From: an uncultured Dehalococcoidia bacterium
GTDB taxonomy: Bacteria > Chloroflexota > Dehalococcoidia > Tepidiformales > Tepidiformaceae
Length of the DNA: 48,783 bases
Direction of reading: 5' to 3'
Assembly: GCA_963933025.1 (NCBI GenBank)
Contig: CAWVTC010000001.1
Span: 1 to 48,783 of the forward strand
Shown: one piece after another, positions 6,545 to 14,676 of the stretch
Position numbering within the stretch: position 1 is the first letter of the stretch
Layout of the letters: every line of letters starts with the position of its first letter
The notes under the pieces: generated by a model
The model's database searches: none
What the model saw: the letters and a program-made list of their open reading frames with translations, nothing else
Told to the model about the DNA's origin: nothing
Program-made: the position numbers and the translations under genes

Positions 6545-7501
6545 ATGTCGCAAGTACTGACCGAACTCGCAATTTTCTCAGGGCGTACACACCCTGACTT
6601 CACGGAAGGTGTTTGTTCAAATCTTGACATGGAAATTGGTGAAGTAGATGTATTTGAATTTTCAAACGAAAATATTTTTGTCCAATATAAGGAAAATATT
6701 CGAAGTCGTGATGTTTTCTTAATTCAGCCATTCTGCACCCCCGTCAATACTTCACTGATGGAATTGCTAGTTATGATTGATGCTGCACGACGTGCATCGG
6801 CAGGAAGGATAACCGCAGTAATTCCATATTTTGGATATGGTAGAAGTGATAAGAAAGATCAGCCTCGCGTACCGATAACAGCTCGTTTAGTTGCTAACCT
6901 TTTAGAGACAGCTGGTGCAGATCGTATTCTGACAATGAATTTACATGCAGGACAAATCCAAGGATTTTTCAACATCCCAGTCGACGAATTGACAGCTCTA
7001 GACCCTCTAGCACACTATTTACAACAACAAAATTTAGAAGACTACACGGTAGTCGCAACAGATGCTGGTGACGAAAAAAGAGCCAGAGATATGGCGGTAC
7101 GCCTCAATTTACCCTTAGCCATTATTGATAAGCGCCGCATTGGCAACTCAGGAGAAACAGAAGCCTTAAATGTTCTCGGTGATGTAAATGCTAGAAATGT
7201 TTTTCTCTTAGATGATGAAATTGATACGGCCGGAACAATGGTGGAAGCAGTTCGTATTCTGAGAAAAAATGAGGCGCAAAATGTAATCATTGGAGGCTAT
7301 CATGCAATTTTAAGCGGACCAGCAGTTTCACGATTAGACAAAGCTCAGGTGGACAAAATTTTAGTTACTGATTCTGTTCCTATACCAAAAGAAAAACTCC
7401 TTCCAAATATGAAAACAATCTCTATTGCACCACTTTTTGCACAAGCAATTGAACGGATTCACACAGGACAAAGTGTCGGCGCTCTATTTAATGGACAATA
7501 G
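6545..7501 (+). CDS. prs: ribose-phosphate pyrophosphokinase
   Basis: It has LAIFSGRTHPDFTEGV, VIPYFGYGRSDKKD, NLHAGQIQGFF and the PRPP loop LLDDEIDTAGTM. Confidence 0.9.
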   Translation: MSQVLTELAIFSGRTHPDFTEGVCSNLDMEIGEVDVFEFSNENIFVQYKENIRSRDVFLIQPFCTPVNTSLMELLVMIDAARRASAGRITAVIPYFGYGRSDKKDQPRVPITARLVANLLETAGADRILTMNLHAGQIQGFFNIPVDELTALDPLAHYLQQQNLEDYTVVATDAGDEKRARDMAVRLNLPLAIIDKRRIGNSGETEALNVLGDVNARNVFLLDDEIDTAGTMVEAVRILRKNEAQNVIIGGYHAILSGPAVSRLDKAQVDKILVTDSVPIPKEKLLPNMKTISIAPLFAQAIERIHTGQSVGALFNGQ

Positions 7502-7508
7502 TTCCTAA

Positions 7509-9194
7509 TTAATCGTCCTCAAATTCTTTTTCTGGAGGAAAAATATCCTTACCCCCAAGAGCATTTCCTATTTTTCGTAATTCTCGATCGAAACGAATCG
7601 AGCGAGGGGCGATACCTGCAATAGAAATACGATTATTCTCTATAGCTACCCAAATACGTCGGCGTGGAATGTAAAAGGTGATTCCAAGACCTACTAGACC
7701 TAATATGATCGCGATCCATATGAAGGTATCCCCAGGGTCACGACGAACATCAATGCCAGAACCTTCAACACGATCGATAAAAGTGAACGAAAAACCATCA
7801 GCTGACAACCAAGTCCTATCTTGAGGCAACACGAGTCCTTCACCATCTGATCGGAGACCGGTAATATACAAGTAATCAGAATTCCAACGATCCTTCATCA
7901 GTTGAACAGTAACTTGCTCAGTAGCTGCACCAGGCATATCTAAAACGTTTATAGCAGGAATCAAGGTCGCATTCTTAAATGTGAACTCATATGTGTCTGA
8001 GCTAACCGACTCACCTGTGAATAATGAAGTTGCATTAAGATTTGGACCAACAAGCACGATATGGAAATCAGTTAGGTCCCTGTCTTGGCTTGGCAACCTC
8101 CACGAAACAGTATATGGGCCTCCTTCTAAGTCAAGCTCCGCAAAAACAGTAGAGCCTTCAGGATCCGAAATGGTCGCCATTTGAGGAACCGCTTCATTGA
8201 AAACAATTTCCCCATCACGTGTAGCAGCAGAAATAATTGGGACAGCCGTAACCTGATTTTCAAAATCAAGTACATCCCTATATAAAAGTTGACCCCCAAC
8301 ATTCTTAATTGAAATCAAAGCAAGATCGTCAAAGAAAGCTGCCTGGTGGAATCGATAACCATAAGCCTCGCATGGATTATTCACAGTAGCTTCACACAAA
8401 ATAGCTTCATCACCACGCCGAACTGTAAATTTACTTCTGAAATCTATCACGTTACCTTTATCGTCAATGCCTTTCACTGCATCAAGCATTTCCACGAAAA
8501 CTTGACTGGGACCAGGATCCCGAAAAAGAGGAACAGCAGAACGTTTTTCTACAAGAGATAATGTCCTTGATTCACCAGCAAGAGCGGTCAAAAGCCCTCC
8601 AAGCAAGAGCATGAGCAGCGCTAAATGCGAAACGAACGTCCCATATTGACCCCAAGAAAACCTTTGGGCAAAAAAAAGTTTGCTTCCTCTTGCATCAGCA
8701 GAATTACCAATTTCTTCAACCCCATACCTCAATCGTTTCAATTCTTTTACCACTACAATTGTGTCACCGATATAAGGAAACGTAATCCGATGCGTTGCCG
8801 ACTTAAAATACGAATCAGGCACAACTTTTTGAGGCCTGTGAATACTCCTCCAAATAGGCTTAAATCTGCTAACCGTACAAACGGTTACCGAAACAACGAC
8901 TATAAACCAAAGGGCAATGAACCAAACACTGTGAAATACATCAAATAAAGCAAGCGCGTCCAAGGGTTCAAACCAAATACCAAAGTCAAATCGTTTCAGC
9001 TCTAGCCAAGAGGTTCGAGCTACTTCATTATCTCGAACCTCAGGTGGAATTTGAGGAATTAAAATTCCTAATAAGCCAGACAACATAGCAAAAAATACCA
9101 AGCCTAAAGCAAATTTCACATTTGTTAAAAGCATCCATATCGCACGCAATGGATCATTTAATAAATTGTTCTGTAAGAAAGTAAAACTACTCAT
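7509..9194 (-). CDS. resB: cytochrome c biogenesis protein ResB/Ccs1
   Basis: 561 aa with the ResB-type N-terminus (VKFALGLVFFAMLSGLLGILIPQ). It has a large soluble loop and a C-terminal TM segment. It overlaps the upstream thioredoxin-like gene by 4 nt. Confidence 0.8.
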   Translation of the reverse strand: MSSFTFLQNNLLNDPLRAIWMLLTNVKFALGLVFFAMLSGLLGILIPQIPPEVRDNEVARTSWLELKRFDFGIWFEPLDALALFDVFHSVWFIALWFIVVVSVTVCTVSRFKPIWRSIHRPQKVVPDSYFKSATHRITFPYIGDTIVVVKELKRLRYGVEEIGNSADARGSKLFFAQRFSWGQYGTFVSHLALLMLLLGGLLTALAGESRTLSLVEKRSAVPLFRDPGPSQVFVEMLDAVKGIDDKGNVIDFRSKFTVRRGDEAILCEATVNNPCEAYGYRFHQAAFFDDLALISIKNVGGQLLYRDVLDFENQVTAVPIISAATRDGEIVFNEAVPQMATISDPEGSTVFAELDLEGGPYTVSWRLPSQDRDLTDFHIVLVGPNLNATSLFTGESVSSDTYEFTFKNATLIPAINVLDMPGAATEQVTVQLMKDRWNSDYLYITGLRSDGEGLVLPQDRTWLSADGFSFTFIDRVEGSGIDVRRDPGDTFIWIAIILGLVGLGITFYIPRRRIWVAIENNRISIAGIAPRSIRFDRELRKIGNALGGKDIFPPEKEFEDD

Positions 9195-9868
9195 GACAGG
9201 TAGGTTTCCGCCAGATATTTGTACTGTTCTTGTGAAAGAATGCCTACATAGATTTCACGAATTACACCATTCGGATCAATCAATAAACTAATTGGAAGCC
9301 CAGTTGAAACAGCGTAAGTACTTGAAACCTGACCATTGAAATCAAGAAGTATTTGATAGGAGACTGCGAATTGCGATACAAAAACAGTAACGGCCTCTAT
9401 TGTTTCCTGCTGATTTATACCTAAGACGATTAAGGTTTCTGGAAAACGGTCACTTAGCACTGATAGCTCAGGAGCCTCTTTGCGACAGGGTCCACACCAG
9501 GATGCCCAAAAATTAAGCAACACATACCTACCTCGAAAATCACTAAGCCTAACAACTTCATCATGTATGTTGGGAAGCCTAAAATTCGGTGCCAAACGAC
9601 CCAAAGAAGGAACAGGGGGTTGATTTATTGAGCCAGTATCACCATCCAGTGCTATAACTCCGAACTCATCATTTACAAAAGTACTTTCTTCACCTTCAAC
9701 ACGCATTTCAAAAAACCAAAAAGCTAAGCCGACAAACGTAATAATGACTACTGCAATACCTAAGGTTGTAAGAGGACCAGAATACTCACGCTTTCGTTGC
9801 GGTTGCTCATCTGGAGGACCAAACATATATGGGTATAACAGTAGCATTTCCCTGACATACACCACCAA
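9191..9868 (-). CDS. membrane-anchored thiol-disulfide oxidoreductase (TlpA/ResA family)
   Basis: It has an N-terminal TM segment and the thioredoxin motif FWASWCGPCRKEAPEL. It is coupled to resB. Confidence 0.75.
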   Translation of the reverse strand: MVVYVREMLLLYPYMFGPPDEQPQRKREYSGPLTTLGIAVVIITFVGLAFWFFEMRVEGEESTFVNDEFGVIALDGDTGSINQPPVPSLGRLAPNFRLPNIHDEVVRLSDFRGRYVLLNFWASWCGPCRKEAPELSVLSDRFPETLIVLGINQQETIEAVTVFVSQFAVSYQILLDFNGQVSSTYAVSTGLPISLLIDPNGVIREIYVGILSQEQYKYLAETYLS

Positions 9869-9891
9869 TGATTAGGGATTCTTTAAATGCT

Positions 9892-10512
9892 CTACTCTTT
9901 CAGCAATGGCTCAATAGCCGTCCAAGCTTCTATCGCCAAATCTTCGATCGACTGCGTTGCATCCACTCTCACCCATTTCTGATCCGACTCATTAGACATC
10001 AAAGCCTGATATCCCAAATACACACGCTGATGAAATTCCTCCTTTTCAGATCCGGTTATGACAGGTTCGCTCTCCCCTGCTTTTCTTGCAAGACCCTCAG
10101 CAATAGGCACATCACAAAAAATAATAAGATCCGGCTCAACACCTTCTCTTACTACAAAATCAATTTGTTTTAAAAGTTCAAGATCGAGATTTCGTCCGTA
10201 TCCCTGATATGCAAATGTGCTTGGACTAAAACGATCACACAAAACTACTAGACCTCGATTTAATGATGGCCGAATCACCCTAGTTATAAGATCTGCACGC
10301 GCAACTAAAAATGCGAGTGCCTCACCCCATGGATTAAGTCGTTTTTTTAATAGTTCACGAATTCCTTCCGCTACTGTAGTCCCACCCGGCTCACGTACAA
10401 CAATAAATGGGCGATCTAACCCCTTCAGTCGAATACTTATTGCTTTAGCAAGAGTTGACTTACCCGCACCCTCACCACCTTCGAAAACTATGAATAAACC
10501 TTTTTTAGACAT
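9892..10512 (-). CDS. tmk: thymidylate kinase
   Basis: It has LFIVFEGGEGAGKST (P-loop), VVREPGGT and CDRFSPSTFAYQG. Confidence 0.9.
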   Translation of the reverse strand: MSKKGLFIVFEGGEGAGKSTLAKAISIRLKGLDRPFIVVREPGGTTVAEGIRELLKKRLNPWGEALAFLVARADLITRVIRPSLNRGLVVLCDRFSPSTFAYQGYGRNLDLELLKQIDFVVREGVEPDLIIFCDVPIAEGLARKAGESEPVITGSEKEEFHQRVYLGYQALMSNESDQKWVRVDATQSIEDLAIEAWTAIEPLLKE

Positions 10513-10535
10513 CTCGAAAAATAAAAAACCTATCC

Positions 10536-12152
10536 TTATCCCTGTTGAGGTCGAATACGTACACGTCGCTCTGGTTCATCTCCATAACTTTCACTAGCGA
10601 GGTTATACCGACCCGCCAATTCATGCTGCACTCTTCGAATATAAGAATTCGCAGGTGGTAGCTCTACAGGATAGCCATCACGCTGTACACGCGTTATTGC
10701 ATCTTCAGTCTCTCGATACGCAACTGTCTCTGGATCGTCGACCACTGAACGGTCACTAAAGTGAAGCAGGGTTTGCTCTATCTGAAACTGTGTATTATTT
10801 TTCATAACATATATGGGAATCGACCTATTTTCAGCTTCACGAATTAAAGCAGGCTTTTTACGATAGGAATGCCGTAAAGTGATCACAGCGTCAGCATCTT
10901 CGATAGTATCTACCATCTCTACAGCTGCAGCAGTTCTTTGAATGGCTTGCCGAAGTCGACTACGAGAAATACTAAACGGAAAAACTCGTGCACGATGTGG
11001 TTTAGTAGATAGCACTGAACCTAGCCCGCTCTTTTCAGCAATCCCCAGGAAAAGTTCATCAACTTGTGAAGAATTTTGATCGGTTTGTCTAACTTCTGGA
11101 AGAACTTCAACTTCAACTTCCCCACTTTTTGAAAGCTCCCTAACTTCTGGGGAGGCTACAAAGCCACGTAGCTTTGAATCAACAACCGCAGCAACATCTT
11201 TATGAAGAGCAACTTTGTGCCACGATTGGATTTCAACCACACCATCAAATGTGGGCGGGGCCTTACGTTCCAAAATAGATTTTTGCGTACCTCTTCGGCG
11301 AGCCTCAGCATCTCCTAAAGTTACAGATTGAATACCCCCAATTAAATCAGCTAATGTTGGATTTGCCATCAGGTTTTCTAAGGTATTACCATGTGCAGTT
11401 CCAACTAGCTGAACCCCCCTCTCTGCAATAGTCCGAGCAGCAGCAGCATCGAGCTCATTACCTATTTCATCAATCACAATCACCTCAGGCATATGATTTT
11501 CTACTGCCTCAATCATAACTGCATGCTGCATGGCTGGCGTGGCCACCTGCATCCGTCGAGCTGCACCAATAGCAGGGTGAGGAATATCACCATCACCACC
11601 AATTTCGTTTGACGTATCTACAATAACAACCCTTTTTTTTGCATCATCAGCTAAAACACGTGCAACTTCGCGCAACATCGTCGTCTTTCCGACGCCTGGG
11701 CGACCAAGGAAAAGAAGACTCTTCCCACTCAAAACTAAATCCTCAATAATTCTAATCGTTCCATAAACAGATCGACCAACACGACAAGTAAGTCCAGTTA
11801 TATCACCACGCCTATTACGAATAGCTGAAATACGATGCAATGTGCGCTCGATGCCTGCACGGTTATCATCACCAAATAAACCTATTCGGTCCGTAACATG
11901 GCGTAAATCAAATTCAGTAACTTCTGTGCGACTCAACACAACTTGCCTATTCGGATATCGTGCTTCTGGCAAACGGCCAAGATCCATCACAACTTCAAGT
12001 AAGTCACTTTGATTATTACTAGCATGTAAAGATTCTGTGAATCGTTCTGGCAAAGTAGTTATCAAGGCCTCAAGATCATCGGTTATTATCCAATCGGGTA
12101 AAATAGCAAGCCTTGGCGAAGAAGCATTTTCCTCTATTTCAAAACTAGCCAT
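10536..12152 (-). CDS. AAA ATPase with C-terminal R3H domain (ycf45/SpoIIIAA-like)
   Basis: It has the Walker A GRPGVGKTTMLRE and the Walker B VIVIDEIG. The C-terminal YIRRVQHELAGRYNLASESYGDEPERRVRI is R3H-like. ATG 12152 is preceded by GAGGTG; the track uses GTG 12164. Confidence 0.7.
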   Translation of the reverse strand: MASFEIEENASSPRLAILPDWIITDDLEALITTLPERFTESLHASNNQSDLLEVVMDLGRLPEARYPNRQVVLSRTEVTEFDLRHVTDRIGLFGDDNRAGIERTLHRISAIRNRRGDITGLTCRVGRSVYGTIRIIEDLVLSGKSLLFLGRPGVGKTTMLREVARVLADDAKKRVVIVDTSNEIGGDGDIPHPAIGAARRMQVATPAMQHAVMIEAVENHMPEVIVIDEIGNELDAAAARTIAERGVQLVGTAHGNTLENLMANPTLADLIGGIQSVTLGDAEARRRGTQKSILERKAPPTFDGVVEIQSWHKVALHKDVAAVVDSKLRGFVASPEVRELSKSGEVEVEVLPEVRQTDQNSSQVDELFLGIAEKSGLGSVLSTKPHRARVFPFSISRSRLRQAIQRTAAAVEMVDTIEDADAVITLRHSYRKKPALIREAENRSIPIYVMKNNTQFQIEQTLLHFSDRSVVDDPETVAYRETEDAITRVQRDGYPVELPPANSYIRRVQHELAGRYNLASESYGDEPERRVRIRPQQG

Positions 12153-12287
12153 GCGACACCTCACCTGAATTAATCATACGTTAGGGTGTCCTAGTTTATT
12201 CTAGTTCGCTCCGTTAGTCTGCTGTTTAAATTCCGTGCCTAAATACAGATTTTTCGTAATAACCAGTTTGTTCTGGTTTGTTTGGGA

Positions 12288-12309
12288 TTCGCAGCAAATT
12301 CGCAGCATT
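12288..12309. repeat. 11-bp tandem doublet TTCGCAGCAAA / TTCGCAGCATT
   Basis: Read directly at 12288-12298 and 12299-12309. The architecture matches the doublets at 1303, 1915 and 13049. Confidence 0.85.
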
Positions 12310-12332
12310 TAATCTCTCAGAAAATATTGCCG

Positions 12333-12379
12333 ATGCTTGGATATGCTTGGATATGCTTTGCGATGCTTAAGCGATGCTT
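12333..12379. repeat. five helically phased ATGCTT hexamers (10,10,10,11-bp spacing)
   Basis: ATGCTT starts at 12333, 12343, 12353, 12363 and 12374. The array is bracketed by the inverted repeat AAATATTG (12322-12329) / CAATATTT (12382-12389). Confidence 0.85.
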
Positions 12380-12635
12380 AGACAATATTTCTAATCACTA
12401 AGTATCTATATAAACTTTTAAGAATATACCGTGATTGGAAATATCAGTTTTCAACCCGCGCTGATATACAATGAACTGGCCCTGAGCGGAACTGGTGCAA
12501 AAGAAGCAGAAAAAGCGTTACGGAGGCTACGGTGGGAGAAGAGTTTAACTACCGGCGAGTAAATAAAAGAAAATGAGAATTAATGTTTTAGGAACATCTG
12601 GAAGTGGAAAATTTTGTTACGGGCGGAGGGACAAC

Positions 12636-12815
12636 ATGAATGTTAAAAAAGTTTTGAACATTGCCAGTTGGGTAATATTTGCATTTGGCGCTATGTGGAT
12701 AATTTTTGGATCTGGAACCCTAATATTGCCACTTGGCATGATACTGGTGGCAATATTCCTGAACATTAAGAGTCGCCGGCTTCCTCAAGAGCAAGACAGC
12801 AATGGCAAAGGATAA
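12636..12815 (+). CDS. small membrane protein (59 aa), paralog of 22908-23063
   Basis: MNVKKVLNIASWVIFAFGAMWIIFGSGTLILPLGMILVAIFLNIKSRRLPQEQDSNGKG. ATG 12636 is preceded by GGAGGGACAAC. Its first 55 nt match 22908-22962 at 52/55. Confidence 0.5.
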   Translation: MNVKKVLNIASWVIFAFGAMWIIFGSGTLILPLGMILVAIFLNIKSRRLPQEQDSNGKG

Positions 12816-12945
12816 AACAAACGTGCCTAATTTAATTAAAAACCCACTAGGTTTCATTGTAATTGTTGTTGTTTTCGTGATAGCGGTATTCCTGTTTTGG
12901 TGGCTTTCTGGTGGTGGGATTTGGTTGATAGACGCGTACCTGTGA
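12802..12945 (+). CDS. small hydrophobic protein (47 aa), overlapping previous gene end
   Basis: MAKDKTNVPNLIKNPLGFIVIVVVFVIAVFLFWWLSGGGIWLIDAYL. It overlaps 12636-12815 by 14 nt in another frame. Its first 19 nt are identical to the start of 1336-1506 (-). Confidence 0.35.
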   Translation: MAKDKTNVPNLIKNPLGFIVIVVVFVIAVFLFWWLSGGGIWLIDAYL

Positions 12946-12946
12946 T

Positions 12947-12970
12947 AACAGTGTGAACGGTTTGGGAAAC
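12947..12970. repeat. exact 24-mer AACAGTGTGAACGGTTTGGGAAAC (copy 1)
   Basis: It is identical to 22853-22876 and begins 2 nt after the stop of the mini-ORF at 12802-12945. Confidence 0.9.
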
Positions 12971-13048
12971 GTTTTTGTTTCTAGTGAGGTGTTGCCTGCC
13001 AACAGAAGAACCATTCAAAACTGAAAAAATAGGGTAGTTTTAAAAACT

Positions 13049-13070
13049 TTCGCGACAAATTCGCGACATT
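13049..13070. repeat. 11-bp tandem doublet TTCGCGACAAA / TTCGCGACATT
   Basis: Read directly at 13049-13059 and 13060-13070. It is related to the doublet at 12288-12309, with AG changed to GA in both halves. Confidence 0.85.
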
Positions 13071-13100
13071 TCAGTAGTTTTTAGGCATAAATTCCCTGTT

Positions 13101-13754
13101 TTACGCACGACTCGTCTCGGAATCTAAATTAATCATACGGGAAAATAGATTATGTAGCCTTATATCCTTTGTAAGTTCAGGATGGAAAACTGTTGCCAAA
13201 AGATTTCTCTGTCGAGCAGCAATAATCTCTCCACCAGGAAGCGTAGCCAACACCTCAACAGAAGTACCAACAGTTGTAATTATAGGTGCACGTATAAAAA
13301 CAGCAGGGAATTCGTCCCCATCAATACCATCAATCTTAATATCTTCCTGAAAAGATTGGAGTTGCCGACCAAATGCATTCCTTTGAATTTTCATGTCCAT
13401 AACTTGGATTCCAGGACGATCGAGATTGTCGACATGTCGAGCAAGTAAAATTGCCCCAGCACAAGTACCCCATACCGGCTTATCACTATCACAAAAATTA
13501 CGTAAAGGTTCTAAAAAATTATATTCCAAAACTAATCTTGCAATTGTTGTAGACTCCCCGCCCGGAATGATAAGAGCATCCACGTCACACAACTGATGTG
13601 GAAGACGAACCTCACAGGAATTCACACCGAGTAAAGCAAGCATCTCAATATGCTCACGGAAATCTCCCTGCAAAGAGAGAACACCGATTGTAGGCAAAAC
13701 CCTATAATCGGTATTGTATGCAGCACTAGGTAGACTATTACTCGTGATGGTCAC
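13101..13754 (-). CDS. pdxT: pyridoxal 5'-phosphate synthase glutaminase subunit
   Basis: It has IGVLSLQGDFREHIEML, ALIIPGGESTT, VWGTCAGAILLA and ATVFHPELT. The true start may lie downstream of the first ATG. Confidence 0.85.
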   Translation of the reverse strand: MTITSNSLPSAAYNTDYRVLPTIGVLSLQGDFREHIEMLALLGVNSCEVRLPHQLCDVDALIIPGGESTTIARLVLEYNFLEPLRNFCDSDKPVWGTCAGAILLARHVDNLDRPGIQVMDMKIQRNAFGRQLQSFQEDIKIDGIDGDEFPAVFIRAPIITTVGTSVEVLATLPGGEIIAARQRNLLATVFHPELTKDIRLHNLFSRMINLDSETSRA

Positions 13755-13853
13755 AGGATGTTATACCATTAGGGATAGAAAGCACCATACAATAGTTTAG
13801 CATTGTCCTAAGCCTGAACTTTCAACACTTAAATGCATCCGGAGGATATTAGT

Positions 13854-14276
13854 ATGCCAGGAAAACTCACCACACAAGAAGTTTTAGAATTCCTTGATAG
13901 TCGACCAGGATGGATCATCTTCACAACGATTGGCAATGATGGCTACCCCCATAGTATTCCAATCGGATACTTCCGAGATGGTCCTGATGTACTCATTGGC
14001 GGAATGGATAAGACACAAAAAATCGTAAACGTTGAAAGAAACCCAAAAGTAAGTTTGTCCTTGGAAAGTGGTCAAACTATGCAAGATATAAAGGGAGTTC
14101 TAATTCAAGGAGAAGGCACAGTAGTACGCGATCCGAAAGAAGTTCTTGAATTAAATCGTACTGCGGCACGAGCTAGAGGGGCTCCCGAAGACAGCTTGCC
14201 TTCAGAAGCAAGACCAGGTGCTGCCTACGTCCGTGTAAAAATCATCAAGGTTATTTCTTGGGATTATTCACGCTAA
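13854..14276 (+). CDS. pyridoxamine 5'-phosphate oxidase-family (FMN/F420-binding split-barrel) protein
   Basis: The PPOX-like pattern is WIIFTTIGNDGYPHSIPIGYF...NPKVSLSLE...GVLIQGEG. ATG 13854 is preceded by GGAGGA. Confidence 0.65.
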   Translation: MPGKLTTQEVLEFLDSRPGWIIFTTIGNDGYPHSIPIGYFRDGPDVLIGGMDKTQKIVNVERNPKVSLSLESGQTMQDIKGVLIQGEGTVVRDPKEVLELNRTAARARGAPEDSLPSEARPGAAYVRVKIIKVISWDYSR

Positions 14277-14313
14277 CATTCATCTTGCTTAAAAGGATTA
14301 CAACTAATCAATT

Positions 14314-14676
14314 TTATTCAGGCCACCACTGAAAAATTTTTAGATCAACACGTCCTTTTTTGAAATTTACCTCTTCGTGTTCCAATAGTGCACACTGAAG
14401 ATCAGCAGCTACAACCGAACGTCTTTGAATACTAGTTTCCCCTCTTGCATTTATTACTCTCCACCAGGGAACATCAGAATCTGAAGGCAAGCCACGCAAG
14501 GCGTAACCAACAGCCCTTGCAGCACGAGGAGAACCAAGCAGTACGGCAATCTGACCATAGGTCACTACATAACCCCTGGGAATGCTTTGGACAAAGTCAT
14601 ATACCCGAGTATAGAAATTGGGAAGCTTATCCACGCGTATGGTAGGCACGTTCAAATTCGTACCAGCCAGAACCAA
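14314..14676 (-). CDS. alkyltransferase-like protein (MGMT DNA-binding fold lacking the acceptor Cys)
   Basis: It has IPRGYVVTYGQIAVLLGSPRAARAVGYAL and VPWWRVINARGE where MGMT has PCHRV. The start is uncertain: ATG 14676 overlaps the upstream gene by 50 nt, and GTG 14634 is an alternative. Confidence 0.7.
   Translation of the reverse strand: MVLAGTNLNVPTIRVDKLPNFYTRVYDFVQSIPRGYVVTYGQIAVLLGSPRAARAVGYALRGLPSDSDVPWWRVINARGETSIQRRSVVAADLQCALLEHEEVNFKKGRVDLKIFQWWPE

Noticed and set aside
9868-10597. Plus-strand ORFs 9868-10173 and 10217-10597, and similar antisense ORFs inside prs, resB, cimA, nhaA, the MFS gene, the SDRs, the VWA gene and the RHO gene.
   Set aside because: Each lies fully inside a strongly supported gene on the opposite strand (tmk here). 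Each has an Arg/Ser/Pro-rich shadow-frame composition with no motifs.
12333-12379. Whether the short repeat arrays (also 2722-2757 and 27521-27677) are CRISPR arrays.
   Set aside because: The repeat units are only 6-11 bp and are contiguous or phased at 9-11 bp, with no 25-40 bp spacers. No cas genes are present in the window.
12573-12635. The N-terminal extension (MRINVLGTSGSGKFCYGRRDN) of the mini membrane-protein ORF.
   Set aside because: The GGAGG ribosome-binding site sits directly before ATG 12636. Homology with the paralog at 22908 begins exactly at that ATG, so the extension is probably untranslated.
12694-12702. DnaA boxes and a possible oriC near the phased repeat array.
   Set aside because: I found one perfect box, TGTGGATAA at 12694-12702 inside a coding region, and two 8/9 matches far away (1522-1530 and 14626-14634). 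There is no cluster, no adjacent dnaA or dnaN, and no AT-rich unwinding element pattern.
12228-13095. A MITE-like element with terminal inverted repeats bounding the 12.2-13.1 kb islet.
   Set aside because: The only inverted match I could verify is 8 bp: TGCCTAAA at 12236-12243 versus TTTAGGCA at 13080-13087. A 9/10 direct match AAATTCC(G/C)TG lies next to it. No target-site duplication is seen. This is too weak to call TIRs.
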